Shown: in pieces, positions 25,906-39,699 of the stretch
Position numbering within the stretch: position 1 is the stretch's first letter
How the letters are laid out: every line of letters starts with the position of its first letter
Assembly (NCBI RefSeq): GCF_006345805.1
Contig: NC_043003.1
Span: 11,284,001 to 11,348,000 of the forward strand
DNA: 64,000 bases
Direction: 5' to 3'
Origin: Octopus sinensis
Lineage: Eukaryota
Translations under genes and position numbers: made by a program
Notes under the pieces: model-generated
Seen by the model: only the letters and a program-made list of their open reading frames with translations
The model's database searches: none
Told to the model about the DNA's origin: nothing

Positions 25906-26470
25906 CTATTTATAAATGTTTTAAAATCTCTCACAGCCTTGGTTTTTTATCTCATTCTGAAAATTTATATATATATCATCATCATTTAGCGTCCGTTCTC
26001 CATGCTAGCATGGGTTGGACGGTTCAACTGGAAGGCTTCATCAGGCCCAGTCAGATCTGGCAGTGTTTCTACGGCTGGATGCCCTTCCTAACGCCAACCA
26101 CTCCGTGAGTGTAGTGGGTGCTTTTTACGTGCCACCCGCACGTGTGTTTATATATATATATAAACACACACACACATATACACATGCACATATACACACA
26201 CACACACACATCACCAATTCTTGCCTGACCCATTCCTACTCTCCTTTATCTCACCCAAAGGTAAATTCTCCATTCACTGCATTCACCTCTCTACTCAAAT
26301 TTCCATCTACCAAATCCTCTCACAAGGCTTAGGTCGGCCTGAGGCTATAGTAGAAGACGCTTGCCCAAGGTGCCATGCAGTGGGATTGAACCCGGAACCA
26401 TGTAGTTTGTAAGTAAGCTACCTATCCCACAGCCGCTCCTACGCCTATATATACGTGTATATATATATAT

Positions 26471-26805
26471 ACATTATTTACAATGGATGGATAGGTGTCC
26501 TCAACTGGTTTGTTATTATGTTTCAGCTGATGTATTCTCCAGCCTTCATCAGGTGTTCTGGTGGAATTTCAAACCCAACCCTTTTGTTTGACTAATGTTT
26601 TACACTGTTCTCATTCCTAAGGTATGTTGCTGATGTTATTGTTCTGTTGTTAGGGATGAGAACAGTGTAAAACATTAGCCAAACAAAAAGGTTGGGTTCG
26701 AAATTCCAGCAGGACACCTGATGAAGGCTGGAGAGTACATCAGCTGAAACGTTGTGGTAACAACAAACAAGATGAGGACACTTGTACATCCATTGTAAAT
26801 TATGT
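26471..26805. mobile_element. ~335-bp fold-back element with family C hammerhead motifs
   Basis: Arms ~26471-26620 and ~26651-26805. Right arm: CAC-CTGATGA-A-GGCTG(gagagtacat)CAGCT-GAA-ACGT-T-GTG at 26715-26756. Confidence 0.8.
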
Positions 26806-26849
26806 ATGTAATTCCTCATCCCCAAAATATAGAATAGAAAAATGGCAAT

Positions 26850-27470
26850 GATGGTTTGTATGTTCCCAATGAGAATACTGGTGACAATATTATGATGACG
26901 ATTGATGATGACATTCAAGTTGACGATGTTGACAATGAGGGGGAGGATGATGATGAAGAGGAGGTTGAAAACAAGGATGACGACAACAATGATCATGATC
27001 ATAATGATGATGATGATGATGACGACTATGACGATGATGATGATAACAACATTGATGACTTACTTCATGATGATGACAGATGAAGATGATGAAGGACAGG
27101 ATGAGATGAAGAGGAAGGGAAGGTGGCAGAAGAAGATGAAGAGGAGAAGGGGATTTGAAGCTAGAGGACAAGAAGGGGGAAGAGGATGACAATGATGACG
27201 GCGATTTCTATTATGATGACAATGATAGTGATAATAACAATGATGAAGATAATGATGATGATGATGATGATGGCAATGGTAACAAAGATGGTGATGATGA
27301 TAATGCTGATGATGAGGACGATGACAATGATAATGATGATTGCAGTAATAATGACAATCATGATGATAACGACAACAATGGCAAAAATGATGACGATGAT
27401 GGTGATGGTGGTATTGGTGGTGGCGGTGGTGGTAGTGGTGGTGGTGAGCACAGTATATCTAAACGATAGC
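26850..27470. repeat. (GAT/GAC/GGT)n compound microsatellite
   Basis: Directly visible. Confidence 0.95.
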
Positions 27471-27659
27471 ATAATAACCCTAACTGTACTGACACCACAC
27501 ACATACACACACACATATACACACACACATACACACACACTGATGTCTCATTTTTTTTTCTTTTTGATTACAGAGCAACAAGAACAGACGAACAATAAAC
27601 GAGTGAGGACAATTTGACGATCGATGTTCACTTGATTTTCCTCACATAAAATCTTATTG

Positions 27660-28139
27660 TTCCTTTTTATGTAAGTATCTATCTATCTATATATGTATAT
27701 ATATATACATTTATCTATCTATCTATCTATCTATGTATATATATATATATATCTTTATCTATCTATTTATCTATGTATCTATCTATCTATATATATATAG
27801 ATATATATGTGCATATATGTATTTTTCTATGTATATATATTTCTTTTTTGGTTATTATTTTTCGTGTCTATTGCTGATTCAAGCTTTCATCCACATTATT
27901 GTTTTATCTACACCAATATTAAAACATCAGTCAACTGATTTGACCTGATATGTGGACTTTATATTAACAACATCAAACAAATATTCAACAGGCAAAGCAG
28001 CAGTATACATACGTACATGCATATATATACACATATACATACATACATATATATATATGTATATATATGCACAGATATATATCTGAATACGTAATTACAT
28101 ACACATACATACAAATGCGTACCTATATAGTGAGATGTA

Positions 28140-28193
<54 letters not shown>

Positions 28194-28431
28194 CATACAC
28201 ACACAATGAAATACGCTGGTATAAAAGCTTAAATACAAATTTTCACATACGTTTATATATGTGTGTATATATACGCATGTACATTTATAGCGATAAATCG
28301 ATAAATAACATATATATATACGTATATGTATATATTTGCATGTGTATATATATATATATACACACACACATATATATATATAAGTATATATATATACATA
28401 GGTATGTATTTATATATACATGTATGCATGC

Positions 28432-28477
<46 letters not shown>

Positions 28478-29066
28478 TATATACACACACACACATATAT
28501 GCAATAATATACATATATATATACATGTGTGTGTGAGTGTGTGCGCATTATGTATATAAATATATGCACCGTGTACAAAAGTATGTATGTATACATGCAT
28601 GCAGGTAAATACGTATGTATGTATATATATTATATATATACATATATATATATATACATACAAATATACATATATACATATATATATATATATGCACATA
28701 TATATATATTATGCATATATACATAGATACATCTACATATGTGCATGCATTCATATATGTGTATGTATTTGTGTGTGTATGAATATATAGTCATCCACAC
28801 ACATACATACCTATACATATGTACATATCTATAACAATCTATGTACCTATATACATATATATAGATAGATAGATATACGTATACATATATGTGTGTATAT
28901 ATATGTATGTGCATATCTATGTATATTTATATATGCATATGTGTGTAGATGCATATAAGTTTATTAAACATACAGACATTATCTATATTTACATTATATA
29001 TGTATCATACATACATATATATTATATATATGTGTGTGTGTGTGTGTGTGTATGTATGTAATGCAT

Positions 29067-29099
<33 letters not shown>

Positions 29100-29137
29100 A
29101 TATATATATACATAATACATACATAATATATATATAG

Positions 29138-29169
<32 letters not shown>

Positions 29170-29213
29170 TATATTTATGGATACATGTAGGTATACAAAT
29201 ATAAATATATCTA

Positions 29214-29265
<52 letters not shown>
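27660..29265. repeat. (TA)n/(CA)n/(TATC)n compound microsatellite field
   Basis: Directly visible. Confidence 0.9.
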
Positions 29266-29266
<1 letters not shown>

Positions 29267-29364
29267 AATAAAAAGAAGGAAAAAAAACAATGTTACTAAA
29301 TAACAAATATTGATCATGCAATTTTCAGACAAAAATAGTATAAAAGAAAGATGAACAAACAACA

Positions 29365-29368
29365 GAAC

Positions 29369-29402
<34 letters not shown>

Positions 29403-30439
29403 CAACAACAAATATTTATGAGAGTGATGGTAATGATGAGGGGTGGGGGGACAACAACAATGACAGTGATGATGACAATGTTGATAATGGTGATTATGAT
29501 GATGATGATAATGATGACAATGATAGCGTTGATGATGATGATAATGATAATGTAGATGCTGACAATGGTCATGATGATGATGAAAATGATGGCAATGACG
29601 ATGGTGATGATGATGACGATGATGGTGACGATTAAGATGGTGGTGATGGCAACGTAAATGCTGCTACTGTTGCTGCTGATAATGATCATGAAGACAGCAA
29701 TGATGATGATGACGATGATGATTTTGGTCATTATGATCATAATGATGATGGTGGTGGTGATGATGATGGTGGTGGTCATGATGAAGATGATGATTTTGGT
29801 CATGATGATGATGGGGTGGTGGTGGTGGTGATGGCATGATGATGATGATCGTGATGATGATGGTGGTGGTGATGGTCATGATGATGATGCTGATGATGAT
29901 GATGGTGAAGTTGAGAGTGATGATGACACAACTACAGCTGTGATACTAAAAGAACAGAAGCAATGATAATGGCACCAACAACAACAACAACAATAATGGT
30001 AATAATGGTAATAATAATAATGATAACGATGATGTAGATGATAATGATAATGATAACCTAATGTTACGGAATAACAAACATCGATAAACTAATATTTTAT
30101 ATCAACAAACATCTGTGGTTTGCGAAAAATCACAGGAAACAGCAATAACTAATGATATGTACTCATGAATTTTCAAACAAACACAACGATAATGATAACA
30201 CCAAACAAACAGCAACAACAACAATAACAATAACTATAACAGCGATGACAACAACAGCAACAACAACTGTGATGATGGCAACGATGGTGATAATGATGAT
30301 ACAGATGATGATTATAATGATGATGATGAGGAGGAGGATAATGATAATAATAATAATAATAATAATAATGATAAGGATAATGATAATGATAATAATAACG
30401 ATGATGATGATGATAACAATAATAATAATAATAATAATG

Positions 30440-30480
<41 letters not shown>

Positions 30481-30563
30481 GATGATGATGATAATAACAA
30501 TAAGAATAATAATAATAACGATAATAATAATATAATAATAATAATAATAATAATAATAACGAT

Positions 30564-30614
<51 letters not shown>

Positions 30615-31254
30615 GATGATGATGATAATAACAATAAGAATAATAATAAGAAGAAGAAGAACGATGATGTTGATGATAATAATAATAATGATAATAATGA
30701 TGATGATTAGGATGATAATAATAATGATAATAATAATAATAATTGATAATGATGATGATAGCAATAAGAATAATAACAGTAATAATAATAATGATGATGA
30801 TGATGATGATGATAATGATAAAAATGATGATGATAATAATGATAATAATAATAATAATAATAATTGATGATAAGAATAATAACAGTAATAGTGATGATGA
30901 TGATAATAAAAATTGATAATGATAATAATAACAAATAATAATAATGATGATAAAAACAATAAAAGTAATGATGGTCATGACCATGATATATTATAAGTAA
31001 TAATAGTAATAATGAAAATAATAATGATAATGGTAATAAGAAGAGTAGTAGCATTATCAGTAGTAGTAGTAGTAGTATTAGTAGTAGTAGTAGCAACAGT
31101 AGTAGTAGTAACAACAACAACAATAATAAAAACAATGACAACAACAGCAACAACAATGATAACAATAATAACAGCAAAAACAACAACAATGATGATAAAG
31201 ACATCAACAACAACAACACTGACAATCATAATAATAATAATAATAATAATACTA

Positions 31255-31288
<34 letters not shown>

Positions 31289-31550
31289 CAATAACAATAA
31301 TAATAATAACAACAACAATGATAAAAACAACAACAACAACAGTAATAACAACAATAATGAAAACAAAAACAAACAAGAATGATGATAAAAACATCAACAA
31401 CAGCAATAACAATAAAAAGAGCAACAACAACAAAAGCAATAATATAATAATAATAATAATCACAACAATAATGATAAAAACAGCAACAACAACAATAATA
31501 ATGATGACAATAATAATAATAATAACAATAACCGATAATGATGACAGATA
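29365..31550. repeat. (ATA/GAT/CAA/GTA)n compound trinucleotide tract
   Basis: Directly visible. Confidence 0.95.
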
Positions 31551-31850
31551 AAATAAAATGCCAAAAAGGTGTGTTGTATGTAAGTAATAGATCGGATGTA
31601 TATAATTTGCATTATCCCTCATATTTCACTGTTTGTTGATGTTGTTGTCATTGTCATCGTTTGATTGGTCTTTTTTTTCAGATCTGCTGCTGCCGCTGCC
31701 GCCGTCGCCTCTCCGTGTCCAGGCTCTGTGTCTCTTCATTACCATTTATTGCTCAATTTAGCATTTACTTACCTGATCACTCCACCTGCTTCTCTATATC
31801 ACTTTAAGTCACAGTTAGAGCTGGTGGTGGCAGTGGTGGTGGAGGTGCTG

Positions 31851-31890
<40 letters not shown>

Positions 31891-31971
31891 AACTACTACT
31901 ACTACAACTACTACTACTACTACTACTACAGCTATGACTGCCACTGCCACCACCTCCAGCATTTGCATCAC

Positions 31972-32386
31972 TTTCTTTTATTTTACTTGTTTCAGTCATT
32001 TGACTGCGGCCATGCTGAAGCACTGCCTTTAGTCGAGCAAATTGCCCCCAGAGCTTATTCTTTGTAAGCCTAATACTTATTTTATCGGTCTCCTTTGCCG
32101 AACCGCTAAGTTACGGGAACATAAACACACCAGCATCAGTTGTCAAGCAATGCTGGGGGGACAAACACAGACACACAAACATATACACACACACATACAT
32201 ATCTATATACATATACATATATACGACAGGCTTCTTTCAGTTTCCGTCTACCAAATCCACTCAAGGCTTTGGTCGGCCTGAGGCTATAGTAGAAGACACT
32301 TGCCCAAGGTGCCACGCAGTGAGACTGAACCCATGACCATGTGGTTGGTAAGCAAGCCACTTACCACACAGCCACTCCTACGCCTA
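31972..32386 (-). mobile_element. SINE-A copy
   Basis: Full-length reverse-complement match to SINE-A. Confidence 0.9.
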
Positions 32387-32839
32387 TCACTGTAAAATCT
32401 TCCTTAAACATGTATCTGATACTACTACTACAACTACTAATACTACTGCTATTACTACTAACTGCTTCTGCTGAAGGGAACAAGAGTGGAATATAAGAAT
32501 TATTATTATTAATTTAAATTCCGCTGTGGTCGACTTTGCCTTTCATCCTTTCGGAGATGGTAAATCAAGTACCAGTAAAATACTGGGGGGGGGGGTCGAT
32601 GTAAACAATTAGTCCCCTTCTCCAAAATGGCTGCCATTGTGGCAAAATTTGAAATGATCATCATCATCGTTATCATTATTATTCTTTCAAATTCCTCCGA
32701 GGTCAGCTTTGCTTTTCATCTTTTCGCAGTTGATGAAATAAGTATCATTTACATACTAGGGTCACTGTAATTGACTAAACTCCCCCCACCGAAATTTCAG
32801 ACCATGTGCTTTTAGTAGGAAGCACTATTGTTGTTGTTG

Positions 32840-33362
32840 TTGAGTGAGGGAGCAATGTATGCCATCAAAGTGACACTGGGGTACAAGTATATGAAGCCCA
32901 GCATACCCATCATGACTACCCATCTGATAAGGGTACACCAGGCACATGCATCACAACCATATGTGCATGACATGGTGGTCTCATATCAAGGTAAACAGCA
33001 TATCACCTTGCAGGTGGGGCTCAGAATTTTCTTGAAGGTTCTTGAATAAGGATTGTTTAAGGATGTTGAACAAAACACCCATGTTTCCAAAGGGGAATTA
33101 TCAAAACCCCAAAGAAATCCTCTCAACACATGGCTATGATGCTCCCCAACTACTTCTGCTTATAATCAGAGATGCACATATCGTCAGCCACTAAGAGGCT
33201 CAACTGGTTAAGGTCGAACAACTGACAAGCAAATCTGTGGTATTGAGCAGAATATTTGCTGTGGCCCATCTTTTATACCAAGACAACACAATGTACATGA
33301 TAACACTTCCAATCAGTTAAGATCAGAAGCCATGAGAGCCACTGCCTGGTACTGCATCAGGG
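32840..33362 (-). repeat. Unclassified interspersed repeat
   Basis: Its end (33270-33360) is the reverse complement of 4836-4930 and 5948-6040 (tgcagtgccaggcagtggctctcatg..gttatcatgtacattg). Confidence 0.7.
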
Positions 33363-33399
33363 CTTGTTGTTATTGTTATTGTTGTTGTAATCAAAAAGT

Positions 33400-33810
33400 T
33401 CTTGAATGAGAGTTGTGGTGATGACAACAATGATGACGATGACTACAATGAGGATGATGATGATGATTGTGGTGGTTATGATGATGATGATAATGATGAT
33501 GAAGATGATGGTGATGATGATTAGTATGGTGGTTATAATGATGATGATAGTAGTAGTGGTGGTGGTGGTGGTGGTGACAACAACGATGACGACGATAATG
33601 ATGATGATTGTGGTGGTTATAATGATGACGATGATGATGATGACAGTAGTGGTGGTGGTGGTGATAATGATGTTGACGATGATGGTGATGGTGGTGGTGC
33701 TAGTGGTGCTGGTGATGATGGTGATGATGATGACTATGACAACAACGATGATGATGATGATGATGATGATGACAATGCCAATGATGATGATGACGACAAT
33801 GATGATGAGT
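33400..33810. repeat. (GAT/GGT)n microsatellite
   Basis: Directly visible. Confidence 0.95.
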
Positions 33811-34659
33811 GTGTGTGTTTCATTCCAGGCACAACCAGAGTTCCCGTTTTATTATTTTTTTTTTGTGAGGATTCCAAATTCTTCATATTTTCACATCAGT
33901 TTCTTTCTTACATTTTGTTTGCAATTATAAAGTTCCCTAAATCCATAAACAACATTTCCAGCCCCTCACAGCCTCATCTTCCAACACTAGAGACACAACT
34001 ACTGTCAGTGCTGCTTCTTATAAAATGGTTGAATGTTTTTTTTGTTTGTTTATGTAGACATTTTATGCCAAAGATTTTCTGCCCGTCAGGCTTCCATGTA
34101 AGCAGTAACTTCTTAATTTGTTTTGTTGTGGTCAATGGAGATGCTAAATTTATTTCAGTTCTTGAATTTGAAACTGAGAAGATCTAGAAACTAACTGCCA
34201 AAATATCTAATACGAAAATATGAAAAGTCTGTAATAAAAAAATGGTTATAGAACACGATCAAGTCTTTAGAGAAACATGTAAAAAATTAAAAATTGTTCC
34301 CCATACGTGTCAATTATCATCATCATCATCATCATCAGTGTTGCTGATGCAAGCTTTAGCTTCATTACTATGGCAACAGTCCAGATATTTATTGATCAGA
34401 CCACATATAAGCATAGAGACATTTATATATATATATTATATATATATATATATCAAACAATTAGACCTACATGGGGTACAAAAAATAGAGAAAACTAAAG
34501 GGAGAAGGCAAGGTATTTTAAGTCCGACAGCTGTTTCTGGGAGCTCAGAATTATGTGATAGTTGTAACGTTCATAATTGGAATGTACATGCTGTACTGCT
34601 TGACATTCACACCAGAAGCTCCAATACAAACATTTCAGAGTGTTTGTGTGTCAATCTGA

Positions 34660-35292
34660 GGACATGTACGGAGAGTGATAAAAATCAAACGTCCAGTGCA
34701 ACATCATGGTGTTTGGAGTGATCACTAGTGATGGCAACATTATGAATACATTCATCTTTCCACACAGTCTCAGACACAACTCGGAAGCCTACATCAAGTG
34801 CCTGGAGAAGGTAGTGCTGCCCTGGGTCAAGAGGGTGGCTGCTGGAAGACCCTATGTCTGGCAACAGGACTCTGCACCATGCCACACAAACAGAAGAACC
34901 TATTCATGGCTGGCAGACAATATCTGAGACCACATCACCCCTAGCATCTGACATCCTAACTCCCCAGACTGCAACCTCCTTGATTATTATGCATGGAGCA
35001 CAGTTGAGCAAGAGACCAACATAACACCTTGTAACACCAAAGATGAACTGAAGGCAAGGATCATGGCAGCATTCATCAACTTAAACAAGGAGAACGTCCA
35101 GAAGAGTTACAGGAGATTCCGAAGTCGTCTGGAGGCTATGGTTGACACCAATGGCGATTTTATTGAATAAATTTACTCTTTAGTATTTCAAGATATTTCT
35201 ATGTAATTTTGGTAAATATATCTGTTAAAATGAGATGTCAGCATTATTTTAATTTTGCATAATTTAGACAACAGTTTATTCACCACACCCTG
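34660..35292 (+). pseudogene. 5'-truncated maT (DD37D) Tc1/mariner-superfamily transposon
   Basis: VMVFGVITSDG..YVWQQDSAPCH..NSPDCNLLDYYAW; I count 37 residues between the two Ds. In-frame stops. 3' TIR rc cagggtgtggtgaataaactgt followed by TA. Confidence 0.9.
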
Positions 35293-35357
35293 TATACACA
35301 CACACACACATATATACATACATGATTATATGCATATGTATACATATATATATATAT

Positions 35358-35439
<82 letters not shown>

Positions 35440-35450
35440 TATGCATATGT

Positions 35451-35509
<59 letters not shown>

Positions 35510-35859
35510 GCATATGTATACATGTTTATATACATATATGTAGATATATTTATTCATTTGTTTGTTTTGCATTAATTTTTATTCCATGCCAGCAGAGATG
35601 AGGCATTGTTTTGTAGATGGATGTCCTTCCTAACTTTCAAGTAATGGATTTTTTATTATTGTTCACAATATTGAAAGCACAGAGCTACAGAATGATTTGT
35701 TTGTTGGGAATATCAACAAATGTTTCTGTTATGTTTTGCTCAATGCTTTTGTGCAAGGATGCACAAAGTAAATATTCACACATTCACACAGTTCCACTGC
35801 GCACATACATACACGTAACATATACATATCTATAGCTATACTGTTATCATTATCTATCA

Positions 35860-36310
35860 ATATCCATCTATTTACCTATCTAACTACCTATCTATCTATC
35901 TACCTACCTACCTGTCTATCTATTTATCTACTTACCTGCCTATCTATCTATTTATCTATCTATCTACCTACCTACCTATCTATTTATCTACCTACCTACC
36001 TAGCTATCTATTTATCTATCTATCTACCTACCTATCTATTTATCTACCTGTCTATCTTTTTATCTATTTATCTACCTACCTACCTATCTATCTATTTATC
36101 TACCTACCTACCTATCTATCTATTTATCTACCTACCTACCTATCTATTTATCTACCTATCTATCTATTTATCTACCTACCTACCTGTCTATCTATTCATC
36201 TACCTACCTACCTATCTATCTATTTATCTACCTACCCACCTACCTATCTATCTATCTGTCTATCTATCTACCTACCTGTCTGTCTGTCTGTCTATCTACC
36301 TGTCTATCTG
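35860..36310. repeat. (CTAT/CCTA)n tetranucleotide tract
   Basis: Directly visible. Confidence 0.95.
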
Positions 36311-36429
36311 CTTAGCTACACGGATCACAATTCCACATAGTCAGCTACACAGATCTCAAACTTGTGATGTGTATGCTAGACTTTGATAAGACACATAGGC
36401 AGGGTCCTGGGTACTGGAAACTAACACGT

Positions 36430-36900
36430 CTTTCCCATCAAGACAGGTTTTCAGAGACTGGATTAGCATGCTAGTAAAGAGGGCTTTGACGGGAGCCATC
36501 ATCAACAACAAATAGTGGTTTGCCCTCAAGAGAGCAATAAAAGAAGAAGCAATTAGGTATAGCAAAGCACTAGCCATAGATAGAAACAGAGTAGAGGGTC
36601 ACCTAGTTAAGAAGCATGAAGAGGCGATTAGAAGTGGCATCATATCCGATGTCTTGGCAGCAAGGTTGGGCCCTTGACCAACACTTCAGCGCCAAACATG
36701 AAGGGTGTGCTGTCAGAGCTAGGATGCATGCTCCAAGGAACGAAGGTGTTGGAGCCGTGCGAGAGGCCCAGGTGGCAGAGGTGCAACAGAGCAACAAAGC
36801 CACCATTCGGGCTCTGGTAGATGAACAGGGGTGTGAATTACTCGAGCCAAGTAAAATGTGTGAGGCCTTTCAACAGCATTTTACCCGACTGTTCGGGATG
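36430..36900 (+). pseudogene. L1/Tx1-like LINE ORF2 fragment (post-endonuclease linker)
   Basis: *WFALKRAIKEEAIRYSKAL..AKHEGCAVRARM..ATIRALVDEQG..MCEAFQQHFTRLF resembles the WWxxxKxxIK / GxxxRSR / FxxFYxxLY pattern. Confidence 0.65.
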
Positions 36901-37230
36901 AGTGTACAAAACCACACACACACACGCACACCGTAAAAGTTCATACATACATATACATACGCACAAACACAAGAACATTTGGTGAAGGATGCAAGTGAAG
37001 ATGTGTATGTTTTTCAAGTGAGGGTGAATGAATGTATGCATACGCACGTGGGTGTGTGGGCACACATGTGTAGGTATGAACAGGTGCGCTTATGCGAATA
37101 CTATGAACTTTTTACCCCCTTACCTTACTTAGCGGTCATTCGAATAGCTCTTTTGACTTAATAGCGGTCAATAACACAGTAATTTCCCTTTGTATAACAG
37201 TCATTTTTCATAATGTTTTTTCCGATGGCC

Positions 37231-37293
37231 AGATAACTGAAGAGATGGTGGCATGGATTTCCACCTCGGCATCCGAAACTTAGAGTTTTATCT
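37231..37293 (+). ncRNA. Type I hammerhead ribozyme motif (family D)
   Basis: AGATAA-CTGAAGA-GATGGTGG(catggattt)CCAC(ctcgg)CATC-C-GAA-ACT(TAG)AGT-T-TTATCT. 6-bp stem I, 3-bp stem III, GUU triplet. Confidence 0.6.
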
Positions 37294-37396
37294 TAGCTAC
37301 CGAATAATTGTCACATATTACATTTACAGATAACTTCCTCTATTTACATAATATCGAGGTCTCTTTCTTTCTTTTGTTAATATACTGTTTTTATCA

Positions 37397-37430
<34 letters not shown>

Positions 37431-37454
37431 TATATATACATACATATATATATA

Positions 37455-37839
37455 CTAGCAGTATAGCCCGGCATTGCTCGGGTTTGTTTTCTTTTCGACT
37501 CTTTAGAATTGGAATTTTTGAAAAGTAAAAATTTTGCATTATGTAGCTTGTTATTCTCTTTAAGTGAACATTTTTCTAGTTGAAATACACCAAAAAATGG
37601 CGACACAGCAGTAAAAAAATCATAAAAAATAGGGATTTTCATAGAAAAAAAGCACCTTTTTTTATGTCAATAATTTTTGGCCTTAACATGGTCTGATTTG
37701 AATTTTTTCTTTTACGGAATAAAGAGCAAACATTCTATCATACTTTCAATTTTGGTCAACTTGCACCGCAGGGTCTTTTAGTTGAAGGCTACCAAACCTG
37801 CCACACACACACAGACAACTTCAGCTTTATATATATAGA
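37455..37839 (-). mobile_element. Non-autonomous Helitron (second copy)
   Basis: rc begins TCTATATATATAAAGCTG and ends cccgagcaatgccgggc..CTAG, between A and T. Confidence 0.85.
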
Positions 37840-38932
37840 TATATCTTCTATCTTTTCTCTTCTCAAAGAAAATATTTCTCCAGCATTCACTATTTTACCC
37901 TCATTCTGGTCTAACGACCCTCCATGCTTGTTTACATTTGGTTTCCCTGTATGTCTCCACTGTCCTGTTTTTACTCTTAACTTTGACCCTCCATAAATCC
38001 TAAATTTTATTTTGGTAATTGTGGGAGCAACTGCCTTTATAGACTTATATTGTCATTCAGTGCTCGAAATGAGGAGCAGACAGGCAGCCGACAACTGATG
38101 AAGGGTCGTTCTTTGTGTTACTTGTCCTGTTTTCCATTTGTTTCTCTTGTTGTTGGCGTATTCAACTCATTTGTTTTCATATTTCATGTTGCTTATTCTT
38201 TGTGATGTCTTGTACTCATATATGCGTATCTCAAATTTTATTTAATTTGATTTTCGCAGGAAGGAAAATTTCATTGAAGTCATGTATCGCCTTGACCTTC
38301 GAAACGTGGAGTAGATGAAATTAAGGCGACTGAAGAAGGGGAATTTTCCTTGTTTTGTATGTCCTGTACTCTATTTTTTCATTGTTTTAAAAAAATGTCC
38401 ATTTCCTTGGTTTTGTGTTTATGTTTTCGTTTCTCATTGTGTTCGACGTTTTTTTGGTGTCCTGTACCCATATATGCATGTATATATACATGTAGAGGTA
38501 GGTACGTACATATATGTTTATATATATGCATATGTTTTATTTATTTATTAATTTATCATATGACGGAACGCACGCATCCATTTCTAAGTAAGATTGTTCT
38601 ACATATATATATGCATATATATATTATATATATATATATATATATGTATATTTAATAGCAGTTTGACTCCACCCCACATTACTTAATGCTTTGTGGGTGT
38701 AGAACATGTTCCCCCCTCATCAAATGTATTAACACACACACACACACACACACACATATTTGTGGATATATATTAGTGTGTGTCTGTGTGTGTGTGTGCA
38801 TAGAAGCATGTATATATGTATGTATGTGTGCATGTGTGTATATATATATATATAAAAATATATATATATGTATATATATATTATATATATATATGTATGT
38901 GTGTGTGTATATGATATATATACATATAGTGC

Positions 38933-39025
<93 letters not shown>

Positions 39026-39575
39026 CATATTATGTATATATATATATATGTGTGTGTGTGTGTACATATGTATGTATATATGTATTGTATGTGTCCATCA
39101 ATTTATCTCCATCTACATCTAGCCCAGCCAGTCTCATTTACCCACGTACACATTCACTTAGACTTAATCAAGAATGATGCACAGATAAATAATATTTATT
39201 TTTGACAGGACCGTTTTTGTAGCAATAACTCGCCCATAACAATGCCGAGCACGTAATAATGACGGTGTTAAAATATATCAAAGACCAATATTAAATTTCC
39301 TTCATAATTTTAATAACCAACTGATAAGATGTACAGAAATCTTCAAAGTAGAAACTCATTGTTAATATATCTGTAGGAAAATGATATGATGTAACTGCTC
39401 GTTATGGTTAATTAGGAGAAATGTCTATGAAAATAAAATAGTAATATTAGTATTTTTTTGTGTTTTTGTTTACTTCTGTCATTAGCATAAATAAATGAAT
39501 AATTTAAATAAATAATTCTGTTTGCTTTTTTACATTTTTGCTATTAATTTCCATTTGTTCATTATTACTATTAAA

Positions 39576-39606
<31 letters not shown>

Positions 39607-39699
39607 TTGTTTTAGTTGAATATGCAAAATCTGTAAAATATTGATAAATATTAATAATTTCAAACTATTTATATTTTGCACTCATAAGTGGAATATATA

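Larger units (their letters stand above)
25373..25976. mobile_element. ~600-bp fold-back (inverted repeat) Penelope-like element with a hammerhead motif in each arm
   Basis: Arms ~25373-25635 and ~25730-25976 are reverse complements with a ~95-bp spacer. No ORF. Confidence 0.88.

Noticed and set aside
34510-34545. GAAACAGCTGTC on the minus strand (family A-like hammerhead half)
   Set aside because: CTGATGA core and stem II are missing, so it cannot form a ribozyme.
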